From: Octopus sinensis
Taxonomy: Eukaryota
NCBI RefSeq assembly: GCF_006345805.1
Contig: NC_042998.1
Location: 131,564,001-131,628,000, forward strand
DNA length: 64,000 bases
Direction of reading: 5' to 3'
Positions 28,360 through 41,600 of the stretch are shown here, piece after piece (position 1 is the first letter of the stretch; each line of letters opens with the position of its first letter). The notes beneath the pieces were generated by a model, which saw only the letters and a list, made by a program, of their open reading frames with translations, searched no databases and had not been told where the DNA came from. The position numbers were made by a program, and so were the translations under genes.

Positions 28360-28480
28360 AGTAGCAGTAGTAGTAGTAGGGGTGGTAGTAGTAGTGGTGG
28401 TGGTGGTGTTAGTGTTAATAGTAGTAGTTGCAGCACCAGTAGCAGCAGCTGCACCAACTGCAGCAGCAACCAGCAGCATT

Positions 28481-28544
<64 letters not shown>

Positions 28545-28657
28545 TTACGAAGTTGCAGTTGCAACACTATGAATTGCAGTATCCATTAGGATTCATCGTT
28601 GAATGGAACTGCAAGTTTTGCAGTAAGTGCAGCAACAGTTGCAAACAACAACAACAA

Positions 28658-28698
<41 letters not shown>

Positions 28699-28700
28699 TG
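28140..28700. repeat. Compound (CAG/TAG/GGT/CAA)n array
   Basis: Directly visible. Confidence 0.92.
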
Positions 28701-28879
28701 TGGGAGGGAGAGAGTGGTTGGAGGTGAGTGGAAGATAGATTGCTGATACAAGAAGAATAATATCTGCAGTAGTAGTGGAATTGATAATGCAATCAGCTGC
28801 AGTTGGTGCACAGTAGCCGACTGAATCAAACTGCATTTCTCTTATTTCAGCAGATGCATTCTTGTACATTTTGTGGTTT

Positions 28880-29410
<531 letters not shown>

Positions 29411-29419
29411 TACGTTTGT

Positions 29420-29625
29420 GTCTATGTTTCCCCCACACACACACACACACAACATCGCTTGACAACCGATGCTGGTGTGTTTGTCCTCGTGACTTAGATG
29501 TTCGGTAAAATAACCGATAAAACAAGTCCTCGGCTTACAACGAATAAGTCCTGGGGTCGATTTGTTCGACTAAAGGCTGTGCTCCAGTATGGCCGCGGTC
29601 AAATGACTGAAACAAATAAAAGATT
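29420..29625 (+). mobile_element. SINE family A 3' half
   Basis: GCTTGACAACCGATGCTGGTGTG...GCTCCAGTATGGCCGCGGTCAAATGACTGAAACAAATAAAAGA. Starts at a microsatellite. Confidence 0.85.
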
Positions 29626-29758
29626 AAGACTAAACTTTTTCTTCTGGGTGAGACTGGATAGACGGAATCTGTGTAGGTTTTATCTATTTTTATATCTTGT
29701 CTCGCTATATCACTCTAATTCTGCCTTAGGGTTATACTCATCCACTGACACGATGACA

Positions 29759-29996
29759 CAGAAGCTCTCAACCATATTTAGCCTATGGACCCTTTTGGTT
29801 CCTATTTTTACCCTACTGGGCTTCCATAGCCATTCGAATTTTAAAAAATCATACTGCATTTTTCTAATTAAATATTATTAAGAATTGTATGAAAAAAAAT
29901 CGTTAAAATATATTGTGTATTGTAGAAGTATAAACAATTTATTGCTAATAAAGTTTAGCCACCAAAAGTCGTATGGACCCCGGTTGGAAACCACTG
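29759..29996. mobile_element. Probable hAT (Charlie-like) MITE
   Basis: Imperfect TIRs CAGAAGCTCTCAACC and GGTTGGAAACCACTG with subterminal ATGGACCC at both ends. An 8-bp TSD is not clearly preserved. Confidence 0.5.
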
Positions 29997-31231
29997 TGCT
30001 AACAATGAATCGGTAGGGATCGTCAAGATCGGCCGTGGATCCACTTACTAGCATGTGGGTGCGTGTGAGTGTGTTGTGTGGGGAGTGGAGTGAAATTACG
30101 TTTGCGTTTGTGTGTGTGTGTGTGTGTGTGTGCGCGCGCACACATGTTTGTGTAAATGTGTAAGAGAGAGAGATCATTGACAAGAGCCCACTACTTCAAG
30201 TCGGACCCAAAACATTTGAGTGAAACTAGGTTGACGAAATTATGGAAGCTAGCTCAGTAGATTGTACTTCGTACCTGCAGTTTAAAGGTCCATGCTGTAT
30301 CAAAATTATTCGGTCTGTGATTTACGAAATAGGAAGATAATGTGGCAACTTCGTCGAAATCAACAGAGGAATCCATTTGCATTTTAGTATTTGACTTTAA
30401 ATTTTAATGTAGCTAAATGTTCGACTCTTACAGTAAAACATGTGCTAACTGTGCTTTCCTACACTACTTTGGGCCATACCAACGAGGTTGAGAGGAAGCT
30501 TCTGGCGTTTAAGCGATACAAGAACATCATGTCCCCAATCCAAGCTTTCACCAAGGGATATCATTTTAGTGTCACGGTGAAAAACTAATCAACAACTTGG
30601 GAACATCGAAGAAAAGTAGCAGTTACTTCTAGCGGCTTCCACGCACCTTCCTTCTCCAAAATTGTACTGACAATGTTTTCGTCGGTTCGGAACTATGAGA
30701 GAAGACACCCAAAGTGAGAAGCATTGACACTAAATCCCAAAACACATACGAAACCTTTTCCCATTGTAAACGATTTAGAGAAAAGAAGGAAAGAAAGAAA
30801 GAAGATGGATGAAAGAAAAATTAATGAATGAAAGGAAAGAGTGTGTGAAATTCATCCATCCTACTACTAATAACTCGCGACTAAGCACATAGATATACTT
30901 CTCTTGCTTTATTCTAGATTTTGCAAGAAGATATTAAATCGGTTCCAATATATTACAGAAAAAGATTAATGTCAAAAGGTGATGTAAGCTACGATCTATT
31001 AAAATCAGAACTTCGAATTACAAAACTAAAGCGCATTATGTCTACCAATCTACTAACCAGGTCAAATAGACTGGTGGACCTAGCAGATAACACTGACCTC
31101 AATTCAATAATTACTTTATACTTAAATCATTTTATTTCGTATTTTTATTTATTTGCAACTTACAGAGCCATTTTTTGGTAGAAAATAGTTATACTTTCTA
31201 TGACTGACTTCATTTAAATTGCAAGTTTCTT

Positions 31232-31694
31232 ACTTCTTTATTGCCCACAAGGGGCTAACCATAGAGGGGACAAACAAGGACAGACAAAAGGATTGAATCG
31301 ATTACATCAACCCCAGTGCGTAACTGGTACTTTATTTATCGACCCCGAAAGGATGAAAGGCAAAGTCGACCTCGGCGGAATTTGAACTCAGAACGTAACG
31401 GTAGACGAAATACTCATTTCTTTACTACCCACAAGGGGCTAAACACAGAGAGGACAAACAAGGACAGACAAACGGATTAAGTCGCTTATATCGACCCCAG
31501 TGCGTAACTGGTACTTTATTTATCGACCCCGAAAGGATGAAAGGCAAAGTCGACCTCGGCGGAATTTGAACTCAGAATATGAAGACAGCCGAAATACCTA
31601 TTTCTTTACTACCCACAAGGGGCCAAACACAGAGGAGACAAGGACGCTTAGCATTTCGCTCGGCGTGCTAACGTTTCTGCCACCTCGCCGCCTT
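31232..31694 (-). mobile_element. Composite SINE family B: head plus 184-bp-period internal tandem repeats, 19-bp TSD
   Basis: TTCTTTA(T/C)T..CCACAAGGGG starts at 31234, 31418 and 31602. Head AAGGCGGCGAGGTGGCAGAAACGTTAGCACG. TTTAAATTGCAAGTTTCTT at 31213-31231 and 31693-31711. Confidence 0.92.
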
Positions 31695-32799
31695 TAAATT
31701 GCAAGTTTCTTTCAGTTTTCAAACCAGAATAATATTGGCTGATTTTCGTTGTTGTTACTGCTATCTAATCACTGCCCAACTTTGTTCTTGTAGATATATG
31801 ACCAAAAGACTTTCCAACCATGGCCATTCCATGCTTTTTCGGACTTAAAATATATGAGATTAAATTATTCAATGTCTTTCCTTCATTTCAAACGCGGTAG
31901 GGTGTGATATGAGGGATATTTAGCTGCTATTTCTAACACATTGAAGAAAAAGGAAGCAGTATGGTAAATCAATTAAAACAACCATGATTGACAAAATAAA
32001 TAGCAATAATAATAATATTTACTTTATCGACTACAGAGCAGTGAAAAAAACATTATAAATCATGGTAGAATTTCAACTGGAATCGTAGTGGAGATGCAGG
32101 TAATTAAACATTGATAGGTATAGTACAAACCACAGGAATTTATTCCAGAACCCTGCTGTTTTAACCAACTCCATTCTACCTTATTATATTACGCTAATGT
32201 TCTTAAATATATAATACGATGTGTGTGCAAGCGTGTGTCTATCATTTACATATGTTTATCTGGATATGTTTACTAATGTCAATGCGTGTACATGATTACG
32301 AGCAATGGCTGTATGCAACAGACAAGTGAGTTAATTTGTATGGTAACGTCTAAAATTTATGTACGGGATGAAATTATAAACGTTTAAGGCTTCACTATGA
32401 GGCAAAATGAACCGAATATACTGTAAAAACAAACTGTAACAGTTGTTATGAGGATGCAAATTAATACAAAATATTCAAAATTATGTAATGCCATAGGGTT
32501 TCTACAGTTTAATAGAGTAAATGAAACATTTATTTTTTATAAATTAAGCAGATGGAATGGAGGTAAGAAGCAAACAAAATTCTATAGAGGCTAACATAAC
32601 AACTTTGGAACCCCACGTTTTAGTAATAAGTTTTAACAAGTTACGAGTTCATATATTTTGGTCGAGGGTATGGTCGATTCAGCTGATCACCTTATATGTA
32701 GCTATTTGATTTATCGATACCGAAGAAACAATGAAAGAAAAAAAATCGACCCAAGTGCATTTTCAGATGTAACAAAATATTGATTCTACCAAGAACCCC

Positions 32800-32820
32800 A
32801 GCAACAGCAGCAGCAACGGC

Positions 32821-32914
<94 letters not shown>

Positions 32915-32915
32915 C
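32800..32915. repeat. (CAG)n(TAG)n array
   Basis: Directly visible. Confidence 0.95.
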
Positions 32916-33120
32916 TTTCTAAATTAAGCACAAGACCAGCAAATTTGAGAGGATTGGAATAGTCTAACACATCGACATCTTTCTTTAGCTGGCGCTTTAT
33001 CTGGCGATTTGAACTATGGACATTCTGAGAAGAAATGTTTCAATTCAAGTTGTCTCATGTTCTACTGACGCTGTCAATACACCGTCCCTAATAATGATGA
33101 CGATGATGATAACGATGACG

Positions 33121-34010
33121 ATTTCTTTTATTTTCCACAAGGGCATCAGATGGTGGGGATATTACAAGGATAGTTTACAATTTGTGAGGAGAGTTACATG
33201 AAAGACGAAGGGCTAAAAGAGAAAAACATGGAAAATAGGTAAAAGTATACATGGTATAAAAAATATGGGAACCTATGTATAATGCAATCTGCTAATACAA
33301 GAAAACCTCCAATGAGAGACAATCAAAGAACCCCACAGAGCCAGGATTAGCCTGCCCACCAAAATGACAAATCCTTGCCTCACTTTTGTTCTCCAGTCTA
33401 AATGTGCATGCTTAGAGCAGGCCCAGTCACCTAAAGTATTTTTGCCAGTCACCCACCTTTTGACAAATTCGCTGAAAGAGAACTCATCTCTCTCTATCCT
33501 CACTTTTCTTTCTAAAAAGAACCTTAAGATGTCGATGAAGGCTTCGTTGAAGAGGAAGATGTTTTTCCTGATTCCTTCCCGCCTTGTCCAACACATAATC
33601 TCTTTCGTCATTGCCACTGGAACACTGTCTGCTTCAGCTTGGTAAAGGCGAGAAATAGGTCGATCCTCACGATGGACTCGGTCAATGGCTAAATTAATCA
33701 TATACGCTTTCGATAACAGTTGTTAAACATAATCATCAATGTCGGACACTGCACGAATGCATATAGTAAGGTACGTCGCTTTGCACGCATCTTCAATAGT
33801 CCCGCCTGGCGGTAATTTCGGGCCTGTACTCGAATTTATAGTGCCACTCGGTAGCACAACATTGTCAAGAATTTCAAGAAGTTATCCATGGTATTCTCCT
33901 ACTCGAAAGTCTTCCGAAATCGACCAGCTGGTTAGTCCTCGTTGACAGCTTCAGTTTCCTCAAGAACATCATCGCTCTTACAACCTAGATCTCCTCGTAT
34001 TGGCAACATA
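33121..34010 (-). mobile_element. Tx1/L1-clade LINE 3' end, degenerate
   Basis: DDVLEET...FRKTF...MDNF and MCWTRREG...FLERKVRIER...FVKRWV match the 55.0-55.6 kb copy. 3' terminus GCCCTTGTGGAAAATAAAAGAAAT. Confidence 0.8.
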
Positions 34011-34344
34011 GAATTTCCACCAAGTGCATTGCCTGACTGGAATACAAATGGCACAGGAATTGGATTTTCTTTACGTAGGTGACTCCTACGCTATTTGTAC
34101 TTATATTTCCCTTTCTAAGCAACATTAATATAATAATGCATTATTGCTTGCTGTTCTTATATATCAGAGCTATGGTTTCGAGGAGAATTTCTTCCGAGGC
34201 TACTTCTGCTATGAAAAGTCCACCCACGTTTGAATATACATAAACGTGTTAGATATCATTATATATTGCATATATTTTCTGCAATGATGCTTCTATAGGA
34301 TATCGTACATAACGACATGTCTGCTTCATCAATGTTAGTGTCGA

Positions 34345-34690
34345 AAGCCGCCAAGGTAGACTTTGCCTTTCATCCTTTCGGGGTCGATAAATCAAGTACC
34401 AGTTGTGTACTGGGGTCGATTTAATCAACTGGCCTCCTCCCCAAAAATTTCGGATCTTGCGCCGAAAGGATGATGGTGACCTGGCAGAATCGCTAGCACG
34501 CTGGGAAAAATGCGTAGCGGCTTTTCGTCCTTCTTTACGATCTGAGTTTAAATTCCACCTAGGTCGCCTTTGCCTTTCATCCTTACGGGGTGGATAAAAT
34601 GAGCTCCAGTTGAACACTGGAGTTCGATGTAATCGACTTACCACTGCCCCGAAATTTGCTGGCCTAGTGCTAAAATTTGAAAACAATATT
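34345..34690 (+). mobile_element. Two tandem SINE family B copies
   Basis: GACTTTGCCTTTCATCCTTTCGGGGTCGATAAA, then a second copy starting GTGACCTGGCAGAATCGCTAGCACG and ending GGCCTAGTGCTAAAATTTGAAAACAATATT. Confidence 0.85.
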
Positions 34691-34940
34691 AATGCCAAAA
34701 GAACATCTTATCATCGCTTTATAATTAAAAGCGAATATAAATAGGTAAAAAAAAATCCTTCAAAAACCTACCCAGCTTTTGAAAATGCAAAGAGCATATT
34801 AAATACAGTTGACCGCAATAAACCTAAGAAGAACGGAATGGTTGGTCATCAGTTGCTTGCTTTTGATCATAAGTCAGCTCAATCGGGATGAACAGAAAAC
34901 AACAACAATAGGCAATAAAAAACATTTTACTTTGATCAAC

Positions 34941-34941
34941 C

Positions 34942-34974
<33 letters not shown>

Positions 34975-34983
34975 CACATATAT

Positions 34984-35031
<48 letters not shown>

Positions 35032-35061
35032 TATATATATATATATATACATATTATATAC

Positions 35062-35094
<33 letters not shown>

Positions 35095-35213
35095 CATATA
35101 TATATATATGTATATACATATATATATACGTATATACATATATATATATATATATTACATATATATATATGTGTATATACATATATATGTATACATATAT
35201 ATATGTATATACA

Positions 35214-35253
<40 letters not shown>

Positions 35254-35418
35254 GTATATACATATATATATATGTTTACATATATATATGTATATATATA
35301 TTATGTATATACATATTATATAATACATATATATATACGTATATACATATATATATATGTATATACGTATATATATATGTATATATATATATATGTATAT
35401 ACATATATATGTATATAC

Positions 35419-35450
<32 letters not shown>

Positions 35451-35456
35451 GTATAC

Positions 35457-35530
<74 letters not shown>

Positions 35531-35533
35531 GTA

Positions 35534-35567
<34 letters not shown>
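34941..35567. repeat. ~630-bp interrupted (TA)n tract
   Basis: Directly visible. Confidence 0.95.
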
Positions 35568-35568
<1 letters not shown>

Positions 35569-36309
35569 GAAACAATGTACTAATAATGGAATTATTGCGC
35601 ATGTGCAACTTTCCGGTTGCATCTCTTCTTGGTTTTAATGATTGCAATAAAGTTTCCATTTCTACTTCTAACATTAAATAATATATGTCTTATCGTCTCC
35701 TGCTGCTAAATATACTTCAGAATTACTCTGCTCGCGTATGAGCTGCGTGCGTATTATGCTTGCATGTGTGTATGCGTGTGTTTGTGTGTGAGTGTTTAAA
35801 TAATCAAACATACGGGAATACAGATGTAAGAGATATTCTCAAAATTATTCATGCAATTTTATCTCATTATACAATTGTAGTATTTCACTAAAACTATTCC
35901 CTGCACATCTTCTTCTTCTTCGTCCTCCTTTCTCTGTCTCTCTCTACCTCTCTTTCTATCTATCTATGTATCTATCTACGTATCTATATCTATCACTCTG
36001 CATATATATATAGGAAGATGGATAGATATGGACATAAGTATGTATATTTTATACATATGTATGCGGTTACTCAGTTTTATTTCAAGATTTCTTATCAAAG
36101 AGAAAGAGCCGGTTTCTAACCTAGATCCAAGGCTCCTTCATTAGAATTTCAACACCAACAATAGGGTATTTTTGTGAGTCTGTATGTATGTATTTGTACA
36201 GATTTGTACGTTTCGTTTTATATATGTCTTCTCGTACATATACTTGCATATCTAGACATGCTCATATATATTTGAACGATAAACATCTAGTGAGTTTAAT
36301 GTATGTATG

Positions 36310-36340
<31 letters not shown>

Positions 36341-36344
36341 GTGC

Positions 36345-38060
36345 CTCTTCTGTTTAATTATTAGACATTTTTGGAACTTGAGAAAAGTTTTGCATATTTT
36401 TACTGTTCCACTCACAGATTGCACTTGTAATGTACGAATTGACCGGTCGATTTCTCTTTCTGAAAACACCAGTTTATCCAGATTCTCCTATAAGCATTTA
36501 CTAACAAAACCTATGAATATGAATTCATAATCTGGATATAGAAGCTGGAGGTTTCCGAGCAGTTGTCCACAGATCTCCTCTTTTTCTTTGATTTTCAAAG
36601 AGATATTTATATCTGCAGAGCAGTTGACCTCTATGATGGTACATACCTTTGCTCCTCTGTTCCAAACAACAATATCCGGTCTGTTATGTTTACATTTGAC
36701 AGAAGTATTCCTTGAGTTGGCGTTTATGAATGTATTCCGTAACGGGGATTTTCTAAGTTTATTTCAGGACAGTCTTTTTTGCGGATGGCATTGTAAATTG
36801 TTTTAGCAACAACATCGTGCTGCACAGGTAGGTAGTACCGTGATGACATTTTAGGACAGCTGCTAATCACATCTTCGACAGAAGCATGACATAGCCTACT
36901 CATGCGGTTACATCTTGGGATTACAAGAGCGTCACTGTCTCTCTTGTTCACTAGGTACTTTGTTGCAATCTCCTGTTCCTGGATTGCAAACGCTTAGCCT
37001 TCAAAGTGTGATGTAGTGGTCTTGTGTCCAAGAGAGGCTGCGCTTCGTGTCAATTCTATTGTCTTCTTCAAGCTTCTGAGCATCGTCTTTTTTTTATGCT
37101 GAGTGTTTTTCTTTTGTTTTTTTGCATGAGTGCTTTCCAGCCAGGTTTTCTCTGAGATAAGAGAGCCCAGCTGTTTTGGGGTTCTATAGATCATCAGGAA
37201 GTGAGTATTTCTTGAGGAGTTCACTGCCAATTCGTACAATGCTGCTCACTTCACTTTTCAGGACTGCATTAATATATTTATTTTTCCAGCTGTTGTTTAG
37301 AAGGTGCTGCCTGGATGGTACCATACGGCATTCGAATGCCGTCTGCACTGATCTCAGGCCTCTATCACCTTCAGTTTTTTCTTAGATAGAGCCTGTCAAC
37401 ATCACTGTTTCTGTGGAAGTTTCTGGTTGTTGCCAAGATTTTGCGGGGTTTAAGATCTATGGAGTGGATTTCCTCTACAGACCAATCAAGTATCCCAAAT
37501 GTTGGGATCAGCACTGGTACTGGAAATGCATTGTGGGATATTGTTTTGTTGTAAGAGGAGAGTTCTGACTGCCATATTTTCCTAAGTCTGGGGAAACATT
37601 CTCTATCTTTATTCACAGTGCCTTCATATGATACATTTTTGTCTATGCCTAGGTACTTATAATATTCTTTGTGTGGAATGGGGAAGATAGAGAGAATGTT
37701 GGTGCACAGGTTTGGGGTTTGGGGGACTGACTTTCCTCGTTCTATAACCAAATATGAACATTTTTCTAGCCAAATTCCATGCCTATATCAGCTGAAAATG
37801 TTGTTATTAATTCCAGTTGTTTTTTGTTTTGTTAAATCTTTTAGCATAAATCTTCAGGTCGTCTACAAAGAAATTATGAGTTGCATTGATATTTCTAGCA
37901 GTTGAAGATCCTAGCATGTAACCATTTGTTTTCTGCAGTAGGAACGATAATGGATTCAGTGTCAAAATGAAAAGAAGTACAGAAAGACCATCTCTCTGGA
38001 ATATTCCCTTTGTAATGCCTATACTATTAGACACAATTATTCTGTGGTAAGGGTAAGAAC
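36345..38060 (-). mobile_element. R4/Dong-type non-LTR retrotransposon (RT C-half, zinc knuckle, RLE), degenerate
   Basis: GIFQRDGLSVLLFILTLNPLSFLL...THNFFVDDLKIYAK (RT), YKYLGIDK...SDVDRLYLRK, SRLCHASVEDVISSCPKMSSRYYLPVQHDVVAK and KPDIVVWNRE. Confidence 0.9.
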
Positions 38061-38291
38061 TGTTGTCCATATCTTGTGAGTATGTATGCATACATGCATG
38101 TATATGTGGCGTCTGTATGTATGCTTATCATGAACAACTCAAACTGTGGAGACTGAGAAACAGCTGGTTTTTTAAACACAGTGATTCCAAAAATGGTTGT
38201 TTTTTTTTTATTTTCCATTCTTGATGTTTCTACGGACGAAACATCGTTATTCATGCTGGATTAATTGTTTTTAATAATTATAATAATATTT

Positions 38292-38615
38292 TCCACTAAA
38301 GGCACAAGGCCTGAAGTTTTAGGGGATGGAACTAGTCGATTATATCGATCCCATTGTTTCACTGTTACTTAATTTACCGACTCCGAAAGGATGAAAGGCA
38401 AAGTCGACCTCGGCGACAGAATTGTTAACATGCTGGAGGTAATGCCGCTACATAGTGAGTTCAAATTTCGCCGAGGTCGACTTTGCCTTTTATTCTTTCG
38501 AGGTCGATTAAATAAATACCAGTGACGCACTGGGGTCGATGTAATCGACTTAATCCCTTCCCTCAAATTTCAGGCCTTGTGCCAGCAGTAGAAAGGGTTA
38601 TTATTATTATTGATT
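38292..38615. mobile_element. Head-to-head pair of SINE family B copies
   Basis: A minus copy (38292-38416) ends at AAAGTCGACCTCGGCG and is fused to a plus copy GACAGAATTGTTAACATGC...GGCCTTGTGCCAGCAGTAGAAAGGG(TTA)n. Confidence 0.88.
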
Positions 38616-38624
38616 GATTGATTG

Positions 38625-41600
38625 ATTCGTGGTCGTCCTGACGGGATACACGTGTTTGTCCACTCGCAAGTTTTTCTCCCAAAATTTTGTTTCCAAAAGC
38701 TGTTAATTGCTTATTTTGCAACAAAACGTTTTCCTAAAGCACCACCTTTGCACCGGTGGATCGCTTTTTGTTGTTAGCGCCCTCCCCCCTTGGGGTCTTT
38801 AATCTCAAAATAATTGTTTCAACATTAATTTAAAAAGAAAACAAATGTGGCGAAACCAGCCTTGTTGAAAACGTAGAAGACGTGGTGAGAAGTGTTTCAG
38901 ATAGAGAGGTGCAAGACGCCGCAGTGCCCTTCGTCTATTACTCACAAATAGATGGGGAGGCAAGCACACAGCAGATTCAAATTCTAGCACACGAAATTGA
39001 AGACACTTCAAAAAATAATAATCCGAACATGCTTAGCGACATCACAAACTACGAAGCTGAATTCCCTCTAACTATATTGTTATATACACCAACTCAAAAG
39101 ACAGCTCGTAGCAGCAATATCAAGACCACAGTCAACTCCGCCACCACCACAACTAATAAACAAAAAACATCACATAGTGACAGTCTCTTGACGACAACCA
39201 ACTCCACCACCGCTACCACTACAACGAATACCATCGTAATTAATGACAACATGAATCAGACTACATCTTTCGCAGAGACAGCAGCAAGAAGCAAAGAATA
39301 TTTTTGTATGGATCTGCTTCAGAAAAACATGTGTCTAGCTGAGGCAGCTAAGTTAATAAGACTGGAAAAGGCGCAATCAGTGTTGCTATCCCCACGAGGT
39401 GTTGGCAGAAACAAAAAAGAAAGCTGTGTTGTACAGATGCATCTCTATAATCAGGAAGCGGCCAGAGACGGCGAGCCAGGCGGACGTAGAAAGGGCACTG
39501 AAAGAAATAATACCCGACATTTTTCATATTTCGAGGGCTAAACAGTTTGTGGGTATTGCATTTCAAAGCTCTTTAAATTTGAAGCTTGGCCGCCAAACAC
39601 TAATATATGCTTCATCCATCCTATTTAGGAAAGAGATGGTGCGTATAAAGATAGCAGGGATACTACCAGAGGTAAACGTGTAATGGATTCTCGCAGCGAT
39701 CGTTTTGGAAGGGAGCAACAAGCCTCCTCGTGGTCAAAAGGACACGACGTGGAAATTGGTCTGGGACCAGTGTGGAGGTACTCCACCACATTCATCCAGA
39801 AGCTATTCACAAGATCCCAGACCTCATTCACCTTCCAGGAGAAGAAGAATTATATGTCACAATAGAGAGCACAAGGCCATAGTACCACCTGTGTGGAGCG
39901 ACAGGACACTCCAGAGTCTTCTGCTCTCAACAGAAGACGGGGAGCCATGGTTGTCCCGTACTTTCAACACCAGATCCCCAGAAGCCGCAACGACATCCAA
40001 ACCAACAACGAACAGTAACAAAAGCACCACCAACCCTGGCAACAACGGCATTATCATCAACAAGAAGAGCAAAACCAATAAACGAAGGAAACTCACCAAC
40101 ACCAGCATCAACAGTAACCCTAGTAACAACAGTGACCCCAGCAACATCATTAACATCAGTCACAGCAGCAACACTAACCACAGCAACAACACCAGTAGCT
40201 TCAGTAACGCCAGTAGCACCAACAACACCAGCAACACCAACAGATACACTAGCTTTACTCGCCTTAACAGCAGAAGAGGTAATACATAAAAACACATACA
40301 GCACCCAGGGGCTGCCTCAGCGAAGTTATCTCACTCCCTCCATCCCTCCGCCAACTTCAAACCCCACAGACTCAGATTCATTGACAATACGCAGTGAAAA
40401 TGAGGGGGGAGTCAGAAAAGCAAAAAAAAACCAAAACGAAAAGGAATCACAAAAAGGCACCAAGTCCCACGTCAACACGCACATCAAAAAACAGAAAATA
40501 CACCATAGAACTGCCACAGACACACCTACAGCATCATCATCTTCTCCAGCACCACAATCACAAACTTCGCCACCAACACTACCCCAACTGCAACAACCAA
40601 CCAAAAAAAAACACTCCCAACAGCAACAAGCAACCACACTAACACCAAACTTCGTGCTAGTGAGGAGGTCAAATAAACAATTGATAGACCTCCTATCACG
40701 AAGGAATGATATCGAGATACAGGGAGCGAGCTTTAGCACCAGCACCTTTCAAGTACCAGAAGCATTGGTGTTGTACGGATGCCTATAGAGGCATATAAAC
40801 TCACTAGGAAGAGCTTTCTGCAAGACGTGGAACCCCAACAACTCATGGACGTTGAGCCACATGACCTCCAGTGACACCCGAATGGTAAGTAGACGCCCCT
40901 TTGTGTCTTCTGTAAATTCCGTCCGGTCATCATGGTGTGTTTAAGAGTAGGTAGTATAAATGTTCTTGGCCTGGGGTCACCCTGGAAGCAAGGTTGCCTA
41001 CTCAACGACCTCAGGTCACTATCTATGGCTGTGACAGCTGTCAGTGAAACCAGGATTTGCTACACACGTGACCCATTTTTAACGATTTCGAGATCTATGC
41101 ATCTCTTAGTCAGCCTGGAATGGGAGCGGAGTAGCAGTGCTGTTTAGGAAAAATTTGGATCTCGAAGTACGGACGATGTTCCTGAAACCGGAAGGTAATT
41201 TAGTGGTCCTGGATGTGAACGGCAGTGATTTTGGTGCTTTCAGACTAGTCGCTGTGTAAGCCCCAACTGGGACGGGGTAGCCAGATTTCTTCACACGTTT
41301 GGATGTTTTCCTGGGACATCTCGCTCTTTAGTTCAAGTGAGCGATTGGAACACTCTTTTGGATGAGTGGGGCTAGCCGATAGGAGAGTGGGGTTGCAAAA
41401 GCCTCACAAACCTGCTCAGTCGTTTCCAATTGGCTGACAGGTACCGACTGGACTTTCCGAATGCGCCAATATGAACGTGAGCGAACAACACAGGGTCTTC
41501 CAGATCGTATTTAAATAGGATATTCTGTAGGACAGTAGATAGGAATAGCATAGGTTGCCCACAGTCCAAAGCAGTTGGCTACACAGACCACAAATCTGTG

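Noticed and set aside
28567-28869. ORF MYKNASAEIREMQFDSVGYCAPTAAD... as a real exon
   Set aside because: It runs into CWG/TAG repeats, has no convincing splice sites and no recognisable homology.
31234-31645. Regularly spaced repeats (184-bp period here, 27-bp period at 57117-57213) as a CRISPR-like array
   Set aside because: The DNA is eukaryotic with no cas genes. The 184-bp units are whole SINE bodies without unique spacers, and the 57-kb spacers are only 10-12 nt.
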